Numbered from the stretch's first letter, positions 16,560 through 26,285 are shown. The stretch is 64,000 nucleotides of DNA from Bacteroidales bacterium (GCA_017480525.1 JAFVAM010000003.1:3483-67482), one strand, 5' to 3'. A program made the numbers and translations. Notes: generated by a model not told the origin, from the sequence alone.

Positions 16560-18353
16560 TTATTTTGTTGCCTCGACCTTGTCGGATTTGTCGAAGTAGT
16601 GGGTGTGCAGCTGCTCGTGGCTGAGGTGGCCGCAGGGTTCACCATAGTACTCCTTGTAAATGGCGATGATGTCGGGGTTCTCGTGGCTCTTGCGGATGGG
16701 CTTGCCGGCATCCTCGCGGTAGGTGGCTTCCATACGACGCTTGATGATGTCGCTCTTGCCGTGGTGGTAGGGCTGGCCGGCGCCGCCGATGCAGCCGCCG
16801 GGGCAGGCCATCACCTCGATGAAATGGTAGCCGTTGGGGTTGCCGTCGCGAACCTCTTCCATGAGCTTGCGGGCGTTGCTCAGGCCGTAGCAGATGGCGA
16901 TCTTCACGGGCAGGCCGTCGAAATCGATGGTGGCCTCGCGGATGCTCTCACCGAAGATGCCGCGGCACTCCACGAAGTCGACCTTCGGCAGCGTCTTGCC
17001 AGTGTGTACCTCGTAGGCGGTACGGAGGGCTGCCTCCATGACACCGCCGGTGGCACCGAAGATGACGCCGGCACCGGTGGACTGGCCGAGAGGATTGTCG
17101 AAGTCCTCTTCGGGCATGCTGTTGAGGTCGATGTTGGCCTGCTTCAGCATGTGGGCCAGCTCGCGGGTGGAGATGCTGAAGTTGACATCCTGGTCAGTGC
17201 CGTTGCCGAGTTCGGGACGGGCGCACTCGCTCTTCTTGGCCAGGCAGGGCATGACGGACACGCAGACAACATCCTCGCGCTTCATGCCGATCTTCGGGGC
17301 AAAGTAGTTCTTGGTGACGGCGCCGAACATGCCCTGGGGCGACTTGGCGCTCGACGGATGGCCGAGCAGGTCGGGGAAGTTCTTCTCGTAGAAGGTGACC
17401 CAGGCGGGGCAGCAGCTGGTGAACATGGGCATCTTGACGTCCTTGTCGCCAGCGAGGAGCTGCTTCACGCGTCCGAGGAGTTCAGTGCCTTCCTCCATGA
17501 TGGTGAGGTCGGCGCTCCAGTCGGTGTCGAAGACATAGTCGAAGCCGAGACGGCGCAGGGCAGCGGCCATCTTGCCGGTGACGATGGTGCCGGGTTCCAT
17601 GCCGAACTCTTCGCCAAGGGCGACGCGGACGGCGGGAGCGGTCTGAACGACAACCTTCTTGGTCGGGTCGTTGAGGGCGCGGCGCACATCGTTGATATTG
17701 TCGACGAGGGTGAGTGCTCCGACGGGGCACACCTGGACGCACTGTCCGCAGTTGACGCAGGAGCTGTCGCCGAGTTTCTGTTCGAAAGCGGGGGCCACCA
17801 CCGAGGGGAAGCCACGGTTGACGCCGCTCAAGGCGCCAACGCTCTGGAACTTGTTGCACATGGTCTCGCAGCGGCGGCAGTAGACGCACTTGTCCATGTC
17901 GCGGTAGACGCTGAGGGTGGTGTCTGTCTCATAGTGGCTCTGCTCGCCCTTGAAGGGGATCTCGCGGATGCCCATGCGGGCGGCGAGGCTCTGCAGCTCG
18001 CAGTCGCCGCTCTTCTCGCACTGGAGGCAGTCGTTCGGGTGGTCGCTGAGGATCAGCTCGAGGACGGTCTTGCGGGCGTTGAGGGCGCGGGGCGAAGCGG
18101 TGAGGACCTCCATGCCTTCCACGCAGTCGGTGGCGCAGGCGGGGGCCAGGTTGCGGCGGGGCTTGCCGTTGAAGTCCTTGGTCACCTCGACCATGCAGAC
18201 ACGGCATCCGCCAGGTTTGTTCTCAAATTTCATTCCGTCGAGCTCGAAGTAGCAGAGCGTCGGAATCTCGATACCGGCCATGCGGGCAGCTTTCAGAATG
18301 GTGGTGCCTTCGGGGACCTGAATCGCTTTGTTATCTATTGTTACGTTGATCAT
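16560..18353 (-). CDS. hydA: [FeFe]-hydrogenase catalytic subunit (HydA-type, multi-cluster)
   Basis: N-terminal 2Fe-2S and 4Fe-4S ferredoxin modules. All three H-cluster motifs are present: FTSCCPAW, MPCLAKKSE, EVMACPGGCIGGAGQP. The start is placed at MINVTIDNK; the track start at 18425 is an alternative. Confidence 0.9.
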   Translation of the reverse strand: MINVTIDNKAIQVPEGTTILKAARMAGIEIPTLCYFELDGMKFENKPGGCRVCMVEVTKDFNGKPRRNLAPACATDCVEGMEVLTASPRALNARKTVLELILSDHPNDCLQCEKSGDCELQSLAARMGIREIPFKGEQSHYETDTTLSVYRDMDKCVYCRRCETMCNKFQSVGALSGVNRGFPSVVAPAFEQKLGDSSCVNCGQCVQVCPVGALTLVDNINDVRRALNDPTKKVVVQTAPAVRVALGEEFGMEPGTIVTGKMAAALRRLGFDYVFDTDWSADLTIMEEGTELLGRVKQLLAGDKDVKMPMFTSCCPAWVTFYEKNFPDLLGHPSSAKSPQGMFGAVTKNYFAPKIGMKREDVVCVSVMPCLAKKSECARPELGNGTDQDVNFSISTRELAHMLKQANIDLNSMPEEDFDNPLGQSTGAGVIFGATGGVMEAALRTAYEVHTGKTLPKVDFVECRGIFGESIREATIDFDGLPVKIAICYGLSNARKLMEEVRDGNPNGYHFIEVMACPGGCIGGAGQPYHHGKSDIIKRRMEATYREDAGKPIRKSHENPDIIAIYKEYYGEPCGHLSHEQLHTHYFDKSDKVEATK

Positions 18354-18454
18354 CTTGTTCTTTATTTCCGATTTCTGGATTGTGACTTCTGATTGGGCTG
18401 CTGTGCGTGCGCAAGCGTTCAACAATCAGAACCCATAATCCATATTTATCAATA

Positions 18455-20269
18455 TTATTTAATCGAGATGGCACCAAACTTACAGTTCTGATAGCAGGCA
18501 CCGCACTTGACGCACTTCTCCTGTCCGATCACCATCGAGGCCAGCTTGTGGCCGGGGGCGATGTAGTCGGTGCGCAAAATGGTCTCGGCAGGGCAGTTCT
18601 TGGCGCACTTGCCGCAGCCGATGCACTTCTCGGCGTCGATGACATACTGCATGAGCTTCTTGCAGACGCCGGCACGGCACTTCTTGTCCACGACGTGCTC
18701 CACATACTCGTCCCAGAAGTTGTCGAGGGTGGAGAGGACGGGGTTCGGCGAGGTCTGGCCGAGGCCGCAGAGGGCGCTGTCCTTGATGACGGCGGCCAGG
18801 TTGCGCAGGGCGTAGAGGTCGTCCATGGTGCCACGGCCGTCGGTGATTTTCTCGAGCATCTCGCAGAGACGCTTGTTGCCGATGCGGCAGGGGCTGCACT
18901 TGCCACAGCTCTCCTCGCAGGTGAACTCCAGATAGAACTTGGCGATAGCAGGCATGCAAGAGGTCTCGTCCATGACAACCATACCGCCGGAACCCATCAT
19001 CGAGCCGGCAGCCACGAGGCTGTCGTAGTCGATCTCGGTGTCGAGATGCTTGGCAGTGAGGCAGCCGCCGGAGGGACCGCCGGTCTGCACGGCCTTGAAC
19101 TCGCGGCCGTCCTTGATGCCACCGCCAATCTCGTAGATAATCTCACGCAGGGTGATACCCATCGGGACCTCGATCAGGCCCACGTTGTTGATCTGGCCGG
19201 CCAGGGCGAACACCTTGGTTCCGGGACTCTTCTCGGTGCCGATGGTGCGGAACCAGTCGGCGCCCTTGGTGATGATGATGGGGATGTTGGCCAGGGTCTC
19301 GACGTTGTTCACGTTCGAGGGTTTGTCCATATAGCCGCGCACAGCGGGGAACGGGGGTTTCAGGGTGGGTTCGCCGCGCTGGCCTTCCATCGAGTGGATC
19401 AGAGCCGTCTCTTCGCCGCAGACGAAAGCGCCGGCGCCGTAGCGGAGCTCGATGTCGAAGTTGAAGCCACTGCCGAGAATGTCCTCACCGAGAAGGCCAT
19501 ACTCGCGAGCCTGGTTGATGGCAATTTTCAGACGGTCGATAGCCAGAGGATACTCGGCACGGATGTAGACCAAGCCTTTGGTGGCGCCGATGGCGTAGCC
19601 GCCGATGGCCATAGCCTCGACAATGCTGTTGGGGTCGCCCTCGAGGATGGAACGGTCCATGAACGCGCCGGGGTCACCCTCGTCGGCGTTGCAGATGATG
19701 TACTTCTGGTCGGCCTGGTTCTTGGCGCAGAGGCCCCACTTCACACCGGTGGGGAAGCCGGCGCCGCCACGACCGCGCAGACCGCTCTTGGTAATCTCGT
19801 CGATCACCTGCTGCGGGGTCATCTCGGTGAGGCACTTGGCCAGAGCCTCGTAGCCACCGCGGGAGATGCTCTCCTCGATGTTTTCGGGATCCACAAAGCC
19901 GCAGTTGCGCAGAGCGATACGAATCTGCTTGCGGTAGAAGTCCATGTGTCTCGAATCGCTGACATGCTCTTTGTTCTCGGGGTTGGTATAGAGCAGCTCG
20001 GGCACCTTGCGACCCTTGATGATGTGCTCGTTGACGATGCGGTCCACGTCCTCGGGCTTCACCTGGGTGTAGAAAGTGTTGTCGGGCATGATTTTCACGA
20101 TGGGACCCTTCTCGCAGAAACCGAAACAGCCGGTCTTGATGACCTGCACGTCGTCGGTGAGGCCTTTCTCGGCAAGAATCTTGTGGAAATTGTCGATGAT
20201 CTCAAGGCTGTTGCTGGACTTGCATCCGGTACCGCCGCAGATCAGGATATGCATTTTGTATTTTGCCAT
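18455..20269 (-). CDS. NuoF-like flavoprotein subunit of [FeFe]-hydrogenase (HydB-type)
   Basis: 604 aa. NuoF-type FMN/NADH region (GRGGAGFPTG, ICNADEGDPGAF), a SLBB-like region, and a C-terminal 2x[4Fe-4S] (CIGCGKCAKNCP, CVKCGACYQNC). Confidence 0.9.
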   Translation of the reverse strand: MAKYKMHILICGGTGCKSSNSLEIIDNFHKILAEKGLTDDVQVIKTGCFGFCEKGPIVKIMPDNTFYTQVKPEDVDRIVNEHIIKGRKVPELLYTNPENKEHVSDSRHMDFYRKQIRIALRNCGFVDPENIEESISRGGYEALAKCLTEMTPQQVIDEITKSGLRGRGGAGFPTGVKWGLCAKNQADQKYIICNADEGDPGAFMDRSILEGDPNSIVEAMAIGGYAIGATKGLVYIRAEYPLAIDRLKIAINQAREYGLLGEDILGSGFNFDIELRYGAGAFVCGEETALIHSMEGQRGEPTLKPPFPAVRGYMDKPSNVNNVETLANIPIIITKGADWFRTIGTEKSPGTKVFALAGQINNVGLIEVPMGITLREIIYEIGGGIKDGREFKAVQTGGPSGGCLTAKHLDTEIDYDSLVAAGSMMGSGGMVVMDETSCMPAIAKFYLEFTCEESCGKCSPCRIGNKRLCEMLEKITDGRGTMDDLYALRNLAAVIKDSALCGLGQTSPNPVLSTLDNFWDEYVEHVVDKKCRAGVCKKLMQYVIDAEKCIGCGKCAKNCPAETILRTDYIAPGHKLASMVIGQEKCVKCGACYQNCKFGAISIK

Positions 20270-20368
20270 ATTATTCTATTTTGTTAATGCGTGTCTCCTC
20301 ACAGTGCCGTCGCGCTCTTTACCGGCGCATTCAAGCACTTACACAATCACGCATTCACGCATTCATGA

Positions 20369-20764
20369 TTATTTGTCAATCGTTTCGTAGTTCACGGGGA
20401 TGATGCCCTCGACCAGTTCGCCGTTCTGGACATATTTGGTGAGGATCTCGTCGGCGCGGTTGTTGTCGACGTGGCCGAAGACGATGGGATCCTTGCCAGG
20501 AACGCGCACTTCGAGGGTAGGCTCGGCGTGGCAGTATCCCATGCAGCCAGTCTGCGTGAAGACGGCAGAGATGTGAAGCTCATCGGCTTTCTGCATCATG
20601 TGTTCCATAACCTGCTTGGCGCCGGCGGCAATTCCGCAGGTAGCCATAGCAACCTTGATTTGCACCAGGCTTTCGGGGTGCTCGGCCTTCTCGCGGATGT
20701 CGAGGCTCGACTGGAGCTTCTCGCGCATGGCTTTCAGGTCGGCCAAAGATTTTACTTTTGTCAT
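20369..20764 (-). CDS. thioredoxin-like (2Fe-2S) ferredoxin domain protein
   Basis: 131 aa with Cys pattern ATCGIAAG...TGCMGYCHAEP. First gene of the hyd operon. Confidence 0.75.
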   Translation of the reverse strand: MTKVKSLADLKAMREKLQSSLDIREKAEHPESLVQIKVAMATCGIAAGAKQVMEHMMQKADELHISAVFTQTGCMGYCHAEPTLEVRVPGKDPIVFGHVDNNRADEILTKYVQNGELVEGIIPVNYETIDK

Positions 20765-20849
20765 AGTGACTTTGTTTAGGATTAATTATTATAATTATTT
20801 GACTAATTGTCAACCTCATACAGGCACGCTCTCGACCTGCATGGCGCTG

Positions 20850-20857
20850 CAAATATA
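20850..20857 (-). promoter_or_regulatory. putative -7 promoter box (TATATTTG) for the hydrogenase operon
   Basis: TAnnTTTG match on the minus strand, 86 nt upstream of the ATG at 20764. Confidence 0.4.
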
Positions 20858-20990
20858 CAAAATAAAAACAATATACAAAGAGTTTTAACAAAAATTTCTC
20901 ACCAGAAATGGTGATGGCCATCCGTGGGGTCGACAGGTGTCTGCGCCACCCCTTCCCCTCCAGCTCTCCACCACACCGACTCCCTGCCAT

Positions 20991-21080
20991 CACCCTACCA
21001 TCGCCCTACCATGTCCTACCGTGGTCGGAGTTGGTAGGGTGTTGGTACGGTGTTCATACGGTGTTGGTAAGGAGTTAGTA
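20991..21080. repeat. intergenic CCTACC/GGTAGG repeat element, copy B
   Basis: Left arm of 11-bp units CACCCTACCAT, CGCCCTACCAT, GTCCTACC. Core GTGGTCGGAGTT. Right arm of 11-bp units GGTAGGGTGTT, GGTACGGTGTT, CATACGGTGTT, GGTAAGGAGTT. Confidence 0.8.
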
Positions 21081-21269
21081 CTGACAATCAACATGTTACA
21101 AGTTCATTTTTTACTTAAAACACTCATCTAATGAAGGTTACATGCAATTTTTCGCTCATAACACACTGATTTCCAATTGGAGCCCAAAAGCTAAAAAACG
21201 GGTAAAAAAGTGGCGGAAAAGACCGGGGATCGACCGTCCGGGAAGTCTCCAACGGGGCAGTCGGCGGGC

Positions 21270-22310
21270 CTAACGGACGCGCAGGCGTCGGCCAATCCGG
21301 AGGAGGTCGGTCTCGCGGATGCCGTTGAGGCGGCAGAGGGCGGCGACGGAGGTGCCGTGGCGGCGGGCGATGCCCGAAAGGGTGTCGCCCTTTCTCACCT
21401 TGTAGTATCCCGCGTCGTCGGTGGTGGCAGAGGCCTTGCCCGGGGTGCCGACGACCCTCACCCTGCCGCCGTCGGCGCGCACGGCACGGTAGATGTTGCC
21501 GTCGAGGGAGGCGTTGTCGATGGCGAAGGAGCGGTCGACGGCGCGGGCGCTGTCGGACAGGCTGTGGGCGAAGAGCCAAGAGTAGGTGTTGTGGAGATAG
21601 AAGACACGCGCCAGACGCCCGTGGTCGGCGCCATGGACAGGCGTCCAGATGAGACGCTGCGCACTGTCGCACTGTTTCATAGCGTCCACCACGCGCTGCG
21701 ACTGCCCGATGCCCACGGCGCGGTCGGCGGTGCCGTGCATAATCCACAGCGGCAGACGGTTGAGGCCGCAGAGGTCGTTCAGTGTGCTGCCTCCGCAAAG
21801 GGCCATGGCGGCGGCGAAGCGGTCGGGGTAGGTGGCGGCGACATCGAGGGTGCCGAAGCCGCCGAGGCTCATGCCGATGAGATAGACACGGTTGGTGTCG
21901 ACGGCGGCATGGGCCGACGCCCAGTCCACCAGTCTGATGACACGCCGTGGGTTCCAGCTGCCGCCGGGGTTCTGGGGCGCCAGGACATAGGCGTCGATTT
22001 TCATGCCCATCTCGAGGGCGTTGAGCGGACCATAGCGACGCACACGGTCGAGGTTCCTTCCGCAGAGACTCTGCCCATGGAGGAAGACAATGAGCGGCTT
22101 GCGCGACGACGAACCTTCAAGAAGCTGCGCCACAGAGTCTTCCGCCGTAGCGGGAGGAGTGTATAACCAGAAGTTGTAGGCCTCCTCAACCTCGCCGTGG
22201 AACGCCTGGAGGGTCTGCGCCGCCAGCGTCTGCGCCGCCAGCAGCATCGCCACCAGCGCCAGCCACCGCCAAGAGAGGCCATCATTCTTTCTATCAGTTG
22301 TATGCGTCAT
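21270..22310 (-). CDS. secreted alpha/beta-fold esterase with a C-terminal LysM domain
   Basis: Signal-like segment WRWLALVAMLLAAQTLAAQ, GxSxG motif GMSLGG, and a C-terminal LysM (YYKVRKGDTLSGIARRHGTSVAALCRLNG). The start is uncertain (22310, 22334 or 22358). Confidence 0.75.
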   Translation of the reverse strand: MTHTTDRKNDGLSWRWLALVAMLLAAQTLAAQTLQAFHGEVEEAYNFWLYTPPATAEDSVAQLLEGSSSRKPLIVFLHGQSLCGRNLDRVRRYGPLNALEMGMKIDAYVLAPQNPGGSWNPRRVIRLVDWASAHAAVDTNRVYLIGMSLGGFGTLDVAATYPDRFAAAMALCGGSTLNDLCGLNRLPLWIMHGTADRAVGIGQSQRVVDAMKQCDSAQRLIWTPVHGADHGRLARVFYLHNTYSWLFAHSLSDSARAVDRSFAIDNASLDGNIYRAVRADGGRVRVVGTPGKASATTDDAGYYKVRKGDTLSGIARRHGTSVAALCRLNGIRETDLLRIGRRLRVR

Positions 22311-22414
22311 TCGTTGTGTGTAGGTTGTCGCCATACCCGGCGATGCAAAAATACACATTTTTTGTCACTCACAGCACAATAAATTCCTCCATGGGGGGTT
22401 ATTTAACCATTATT

Positions 22415-24334
22415 ATGACAAACAGCAGCACATACTTCAGCCACCTGCGCGAACTGGTGGCCATGGAACTCCGCGAAGAGCAGGAGGCCTACCGCCGCAG
22501 TCTGGAGGCCAAGGGGGCGACGCTGACAGGGGCCATCCGCGAGCCGTCGTGCCGCTACCCCGTGCGCCTCGGCCACAACGCCGTGAACCCCATGGGGCAG
22601 ATTGTCGTCGACTTGCGCTACGAGGTGGAGGAGGACGAAGTGGAACTGGATTTCGAACCCGGCAAACCCGTGACGCTCTTCTACTTGCGCGACGGTGGCG
22701 GCAACGACGCCTGTGTGCCGGTGCCGCACCAGGGCTACGTGGAGACCGTGGGCGAGGGGCTGATGAGCATCAGCCTGCCGTCGAGGGCCGCCCTGCAAAG
22801 CCTGCGCGACCTCGGCGAACGCCACCTGCTGGGAGTGCAGCTGGGGGTGGACAACACCAGTTTCCGCGTGATGCAGGAGGCGCTCTCGACGGCAGAACAC
22901 AAAGAGGACGAGCGTTTTGTGCGCCTGCGCGAGGTGCTGTTGGGCAACGCCAAGCCCTCCTTCCGCTCGCTGCCCCGGCTGTCGTTCCCATGGCTCAACG
23001 CCAGCCAGAACGACGCCATACAGAAGGTGGTGGAGGCGCAGGAGGTGGCCATCATCCACGGTCCTCCGGGCACAGGCAAGACGACAACGCTCGTCGAAGC
23101 CGTCATCGAGACCCTGGAACGCGAATCCCAGGTGCTTGTGTGTGCGCCGAGCAATGCCGCCGTCGACTGGATCAGCACCCAGCTGCAGCGGCGTGGCGTC
23201 AATGTGCTGCGCGTAGGCAATCCTCTGAGGATGAGCGACGAGATGTTGGAATGCAACTACGAGCGACGCTATTCCTCCCACCCCGAATACCACGAGTTGT
23301 GGAACATCCGCCGCACCTTGGCGCAAGGCGTCAAAGGCGAGCAGGCCCACCGCCTGCGCAACCGGCAGACGGAGCTGGAAATCAAGATTAACGCCGACCT
23401 CTTCAACGAGGCCCGCGTGGTGAGCTGCACTCTTATCGGCGCCGCCTACCGCCTCATGGACCGCCGCCGCTTCAGCACCCTCTTCATCGACGAAGCCGCA
23501 CAGGCTATGGAGCCTGCCTGCTGGGCCGCCATCCTCAAGGCCGACCGCGTGGTGATGGGCGGCGACCACCAGCAGCTGCCACCGACGGTGAAGAGCCTCG
23601 AAGCCGTCAAGGGGGGGCTGGCGCAAACGCTGATGCAGAAGGTAGCAGGGCTGCACCCGCAGTGCGTCAACCTCCTCACGGTGCAATACCGCATGAACGA
23701 GGACATTATGAGTTTCTCGTCGCAGTGGTTCTACCACGGTCGCCTGCAGGCCGCCAACGAGGCGGCGCACCGCCAGATTTCGCCGTTGGACACGCCGCTG
23801 ACGTGGATTGACACCTCGGAACTCTCCGGCACACTGGACACCGCGGACGACAGGGATGAAGGCGCGGAGGCACGGACGCGGACAGGCAGCATCTCCAACT
23901 CTCAGGAGGCGAGGCTGGTCATCCACACGCTGCGCGACTATATCGAGATGCTGTCGCCACAGAAGATTGAGAGCGAGCGCGTGGACTTCGGCATCATCAC
24001 CCCCTACCGCGGACAGGCGCGCCTCATCCGCCGCCTGCTGAAAATGCAGCACTATTTCCGCAAGCTGCGCCGCCACATCACCGTGGGCACCGTGGACGGA
24101 TTCCAAGGGCAGGAGCGCGACGTCATCGTCATCTCGCTGGTGCGCGACAACGCCGAGGGCAACATCGGGTTCCTGCGCGACCTGCGCCGGATGAATGTAG
24201 CCATCACGCGCGCACGTATGAAACTAATAATAGTAGGCAACGCCAGCACCCTCAGCCGCCACCGTTTCTACCGCGCCCTGGCAGAACATTTCCGCCAGCA
24301 CGGCGAGTTCATCACCCTGCCGCCACAACCGTAA
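22415..24334 (+). CDS. SF1 AAA helicase, Upf1/DNA2/IGHMBP2-like
   Basis: Walker A HGPPGTGKTT, Walker B-like LFIDEAAQ, GDHQQLPPTV, and C-terminal VAITRARMKLIIVGN. The start is placed at the ATG at 22415; the track start at 22298 is an alternative. Confidence 0.85.
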   Translation: MTNSSTYFSHLRELVAMELREEQEAYRRSLEAKGATLTGAIREPSCRYPVRLGHNAVNPMGQIVVDLRYEVEEDEVELDFEPGKPVTLFYLRDGGGNDACVPVPHQGYVETVGEGLMSISLPSRAALQSLRDLGERHLLGVQLGVDNTSFRVMQEALSTAEHKEDERFVRLREVLLGNAKPSFRSLPRLSFPWLNASQNDAIQKVVEAQEVAIIHGPPGTGKTTTLVEAVIETLERESQVLVCAPSNAAVDWISTQLQRRGVNVLRVGNPLRMSDEMLECNYERRYSSHPEYHELWNIRRTLAQGVKGEQAHRLRNRQTELEIKINADLFNEARVVSCTLIGAAYRLMDRRRFSTLFIDEAAQAMEPACWAAILKADRVVMGGDHQQLPPTVKSLEAVKGGLAQTLMQKVAGLHPQCVNLLTVQYRMNEDIMSFSSQWFYHGRLQAANEAAHRQISPLDTPLTWIDTSELSGTLDTADDRDEGAEARTRTGSISNSQEARLVIHTLRDYIEMLSPQKIESERVDFGIITPYRGQARLIRRLLKMQHYFRKLRRHITVGTVDGFQGQERDVIVISLVRDNAEGNIGFLRDLRRMNVAITRARMKLIIVGNASTLSRHRFYRALAEHFRQHGEFITLPPQP

Positions 24335-24460
24335 GCAGAAGGCATTGGCACATCAAACTTCCGATGTCGCATTTTTTTTTGCCCTTCGGTGCAAGCAGCA
24401 CAAAAATCTTTTTGAGACCAGAGACTGGGTGGGTACTCCCGAGGGAGAAGGAGTGGCGGT

Positions 24461-25822
24461 TCAGACCTCGATTTCGCCGACGATACGGTCGTCGCCCCAA
24501 ACGGAGTACATGTTGGTGCGGCCTTCGCCGAGGGTCATCTTGCCCTTGGATTCGAGGTGGAGCCGATAGAAGACGCAGCAGTGCAGGTTGGCCTGGCCAC
24601 AGACCACATCGGTGGCGAAGGCCTCACAGGTGGGGGCGCCGCACACGCCGCAGTCGATTTGCGGCAGGTGGGCTTTCATATTCTCTATCTTCTCCATCTT
24701 CTCTAAGGCCTTGGCTATGTTCTCGTCGAGTACCATCATGGAGCGAGGCTGCACCTCGTCGACGAGCGAATGCTCGATAAGGCAGTCCTTGTAGCGTTCC
24801 ATCTCCCGGTCGCGGGCCATCTCGCCATTGCGCTCGCGCTCGGCAGCCTTGCGGGCACGGGTGTACATGCGTTCGCCGCAGAGGAAGCGGTTGTCCACCG
24901 AGAGCAGGGCGCCCGCACAACTCTGGTCGCAAGCACGCAACTCGAGAAACTCGATGCCCTCCACCTCGTCGTTCTCCAGCTTGTCGAGGAAGTCCATGAC
25001 GTTCTCGATGCCGTCGATGGCATAGCTGCGCTTGGCGGAACACATGCGACGCTCACCGTTGGTGAGGGTGGAGAGGACGGCGTCGGCGCTGAGGCGCTGG
25101 CGGTTCAAGGGCTTGTACTGGTGGTGTTTGCCTTGGTCCTTGATGTGCTTATAGACGCGGTTGAAGAGGAGGTTCATGTTGATGACGCCATCGATGATGC
25201 TCTGCTCCTCGCCCACAGGGGCTTTGACGGCAGACACCTTGGCGGCACAGGGGGTGATATAGAAGAGGCCAATCTCCTCGCGCGGAATGCCGCGGTTCTT
25301 CAGCTCCTCGACTATATACATGGCGCAGAGATCCAGCGGCACCTTTATGGGCATAACATTCTCGGAAAGAGAAGGATACTTAATCTGTATCAGGCGCACG
25401 ATAGCGGGGCAGAAGGAGGAGATGAGGGGACGAACGTCGGGATGTTCGCGGGCATAGCGGTCCTTGGCGTCGCGGAAGATGCCGGCGGCGCTTTCCACCT
25501 CCATGACGTGGGCAAAGCCCAGCTCCTGCAACGAGGCATAGACGCGCGATACACTGACATCGTCGGGGAACTGCCCCATGAAGACGGCGGGCAGCAGGGC
25601 CACGGAATGGCTGTAGCGGTGGATGGCCTCGAAGTCGTCGTCCTTGATGGTGATGGCCTGGACGGGACACACCTCGTAGCATTTACCGCAGTCGATGCAG
25701 CGGTGTTCCTGGATGAAAGCCTTGCCGCCATGGATGCGGATGGCCTCGGTGGGGCAGGTCTTCATGCAGCGCGAGCAGCCGATGCAGCGAGGTTCGTCAA
25801 TCTGTAGGGCATGATAGAACAT
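24461..25822 (-). CDS. [FeFe]-hydrogenase-like protein with divergent H-cluster motifs (putative sensory, HydS-like)
   Basis: N-terminal 2x[4Fe-4S] (CIGCSRCMKTCP, CIDCGKCYEVCP). The H-domain-like core has SSFCPA in place of TSCCP, TPCAAKVSA in place of MPCxxKxxE, and ELRACDQSC in place of ExMxCxxGC. An extra C-terminal Cys cluster is present (CGVCGAPTCEAF...CGQANLHCC). Confidence 0.8.
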   Translation of the reverse strand: MFYHALQIDEPRCIGCSRCMKTCPTEAIRIHGGKAFIQEHRCIDCGKCYEVCPVQAITIKDDDFEAIHRYSHSVALLPAVFMGQFPDDVSVSRVYASLQELGFAHVMEVESAAGIFRDAKDRYAREHPDVRPLISSFCPAIVRLIQIKYPSLSENVMPIKVPLDLCAMYIVEELKNRGIPREEIGLFYITPCAAKVSAVKAPVGEEQSIIDGVINMNLLFNRVYKHIKDQGKHHQYKPLNRQRLSADAVLSTLTNGERRMCSAKRSYAIDGIENVMDFLDKLENDEVEGIEFLELRACDQSCAGALLSVDNRFLCGERMYTRARKAAERERNGEMARDREMERYKDCLIEHSLVDEVQPRSMMVLDENIAKALEKMEKIENMKAHLPQIDCGVCGAPTCEAFATDVVCGQANLHCCVFYRLHLESKGKMTLGEGRTNMYSVWGDDRIVGEIEV

Positions 25823-25857
25823 ACTGTCAACTGTTTCTTAATCGCATAGATGCTATA

Positions 25858-26271
25858 CTAATGGAAATTCACTTCCATCTCGACGGTAGTGCCGACACCA
25901 ACTTCGGAGGTGACGTTGAGTTTGTCGACATTCTTCTGCATGTTGGGCAGACCCATACCGGCTCCGAAACCCATGTCGCGCACCTCGGGGCGCGCAGTAC
26001 TGTGACCCTCCTCCATGGCCCAGGCGATGTCGGGAATGCCGGGACCCTTATCGGCCACCACCATCTTGATTTTGTCGGCGTCGATGTCGACAAGCACCTT
26101 GCCGCCGTAGGCGTGAGCGATGGCGTTGACCTCGGCCTCATACAGGGCCACCACCACACGCTTCAATACCTGGGGATTCACATTCAGTTGCTTCAGCGTC
26201 TTTTTGACGGAACTCGAAGCTTTGCCGGCGTTGACGAAATCGCCCTCAATAACGGTGTATTCCTGATGCAT
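25858..26271 (-). CDS. HATPase-fold anti-sigma-regulatory-factor-like ATP-binding protein (Ser/Thr kinase-like)
   Basis: 137 aa. N-box-like EAEVNAIAHA, G1 DKGPGI, G2-like GFGAGMGL. Confidence 0.75.
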   Translation of the reverse strand: MHQEYTVIEGDFVNAGKASSSVKKTLKQLNVNPQVLKRVVVALYEAEVNAIAHAYGGKVLVDIDADKIKMVVADKGPGIPDIAWAMEEGHSTARPEVRDMGFGAGMGLPNMQKNVDKLNVTSEVGVGTTVEMEVNFH

Positions 26272-26285
26272 CTCTTCTTAATTTA

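Noticed and set aside
18354-18425. The upstream start codon for hydA (MLNACARTAAQSEV...) given by the ORF track.
   Set aside because: The extra 24 residues do not resemble hydrogenase N-termini, whereas MINVTIDNKAIQVPEGTTIL is the typical start of the 2Fe-2S domain. The coordinate is retained as an alternative in the feature note.
16599-20287. Two long plus-strand ORFs (16599..18392 and 18407..20287) covering the hydrogenase genes.
   Set aside because: They are antisense to hydA and hydB, whose products carry unambiguous H-cluster, NuoF and ferredoxin motifs. The plus-strand translations are Gly/Ala/Val/Asp-rich noise.
20290-20368. Short tandem TCACGCAT x2 between the ferredoxin-like gene and hydB.
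   Set aside because: There are only two 8-nt units in an intra-operon spacer. This is too short to distinguish from chance.
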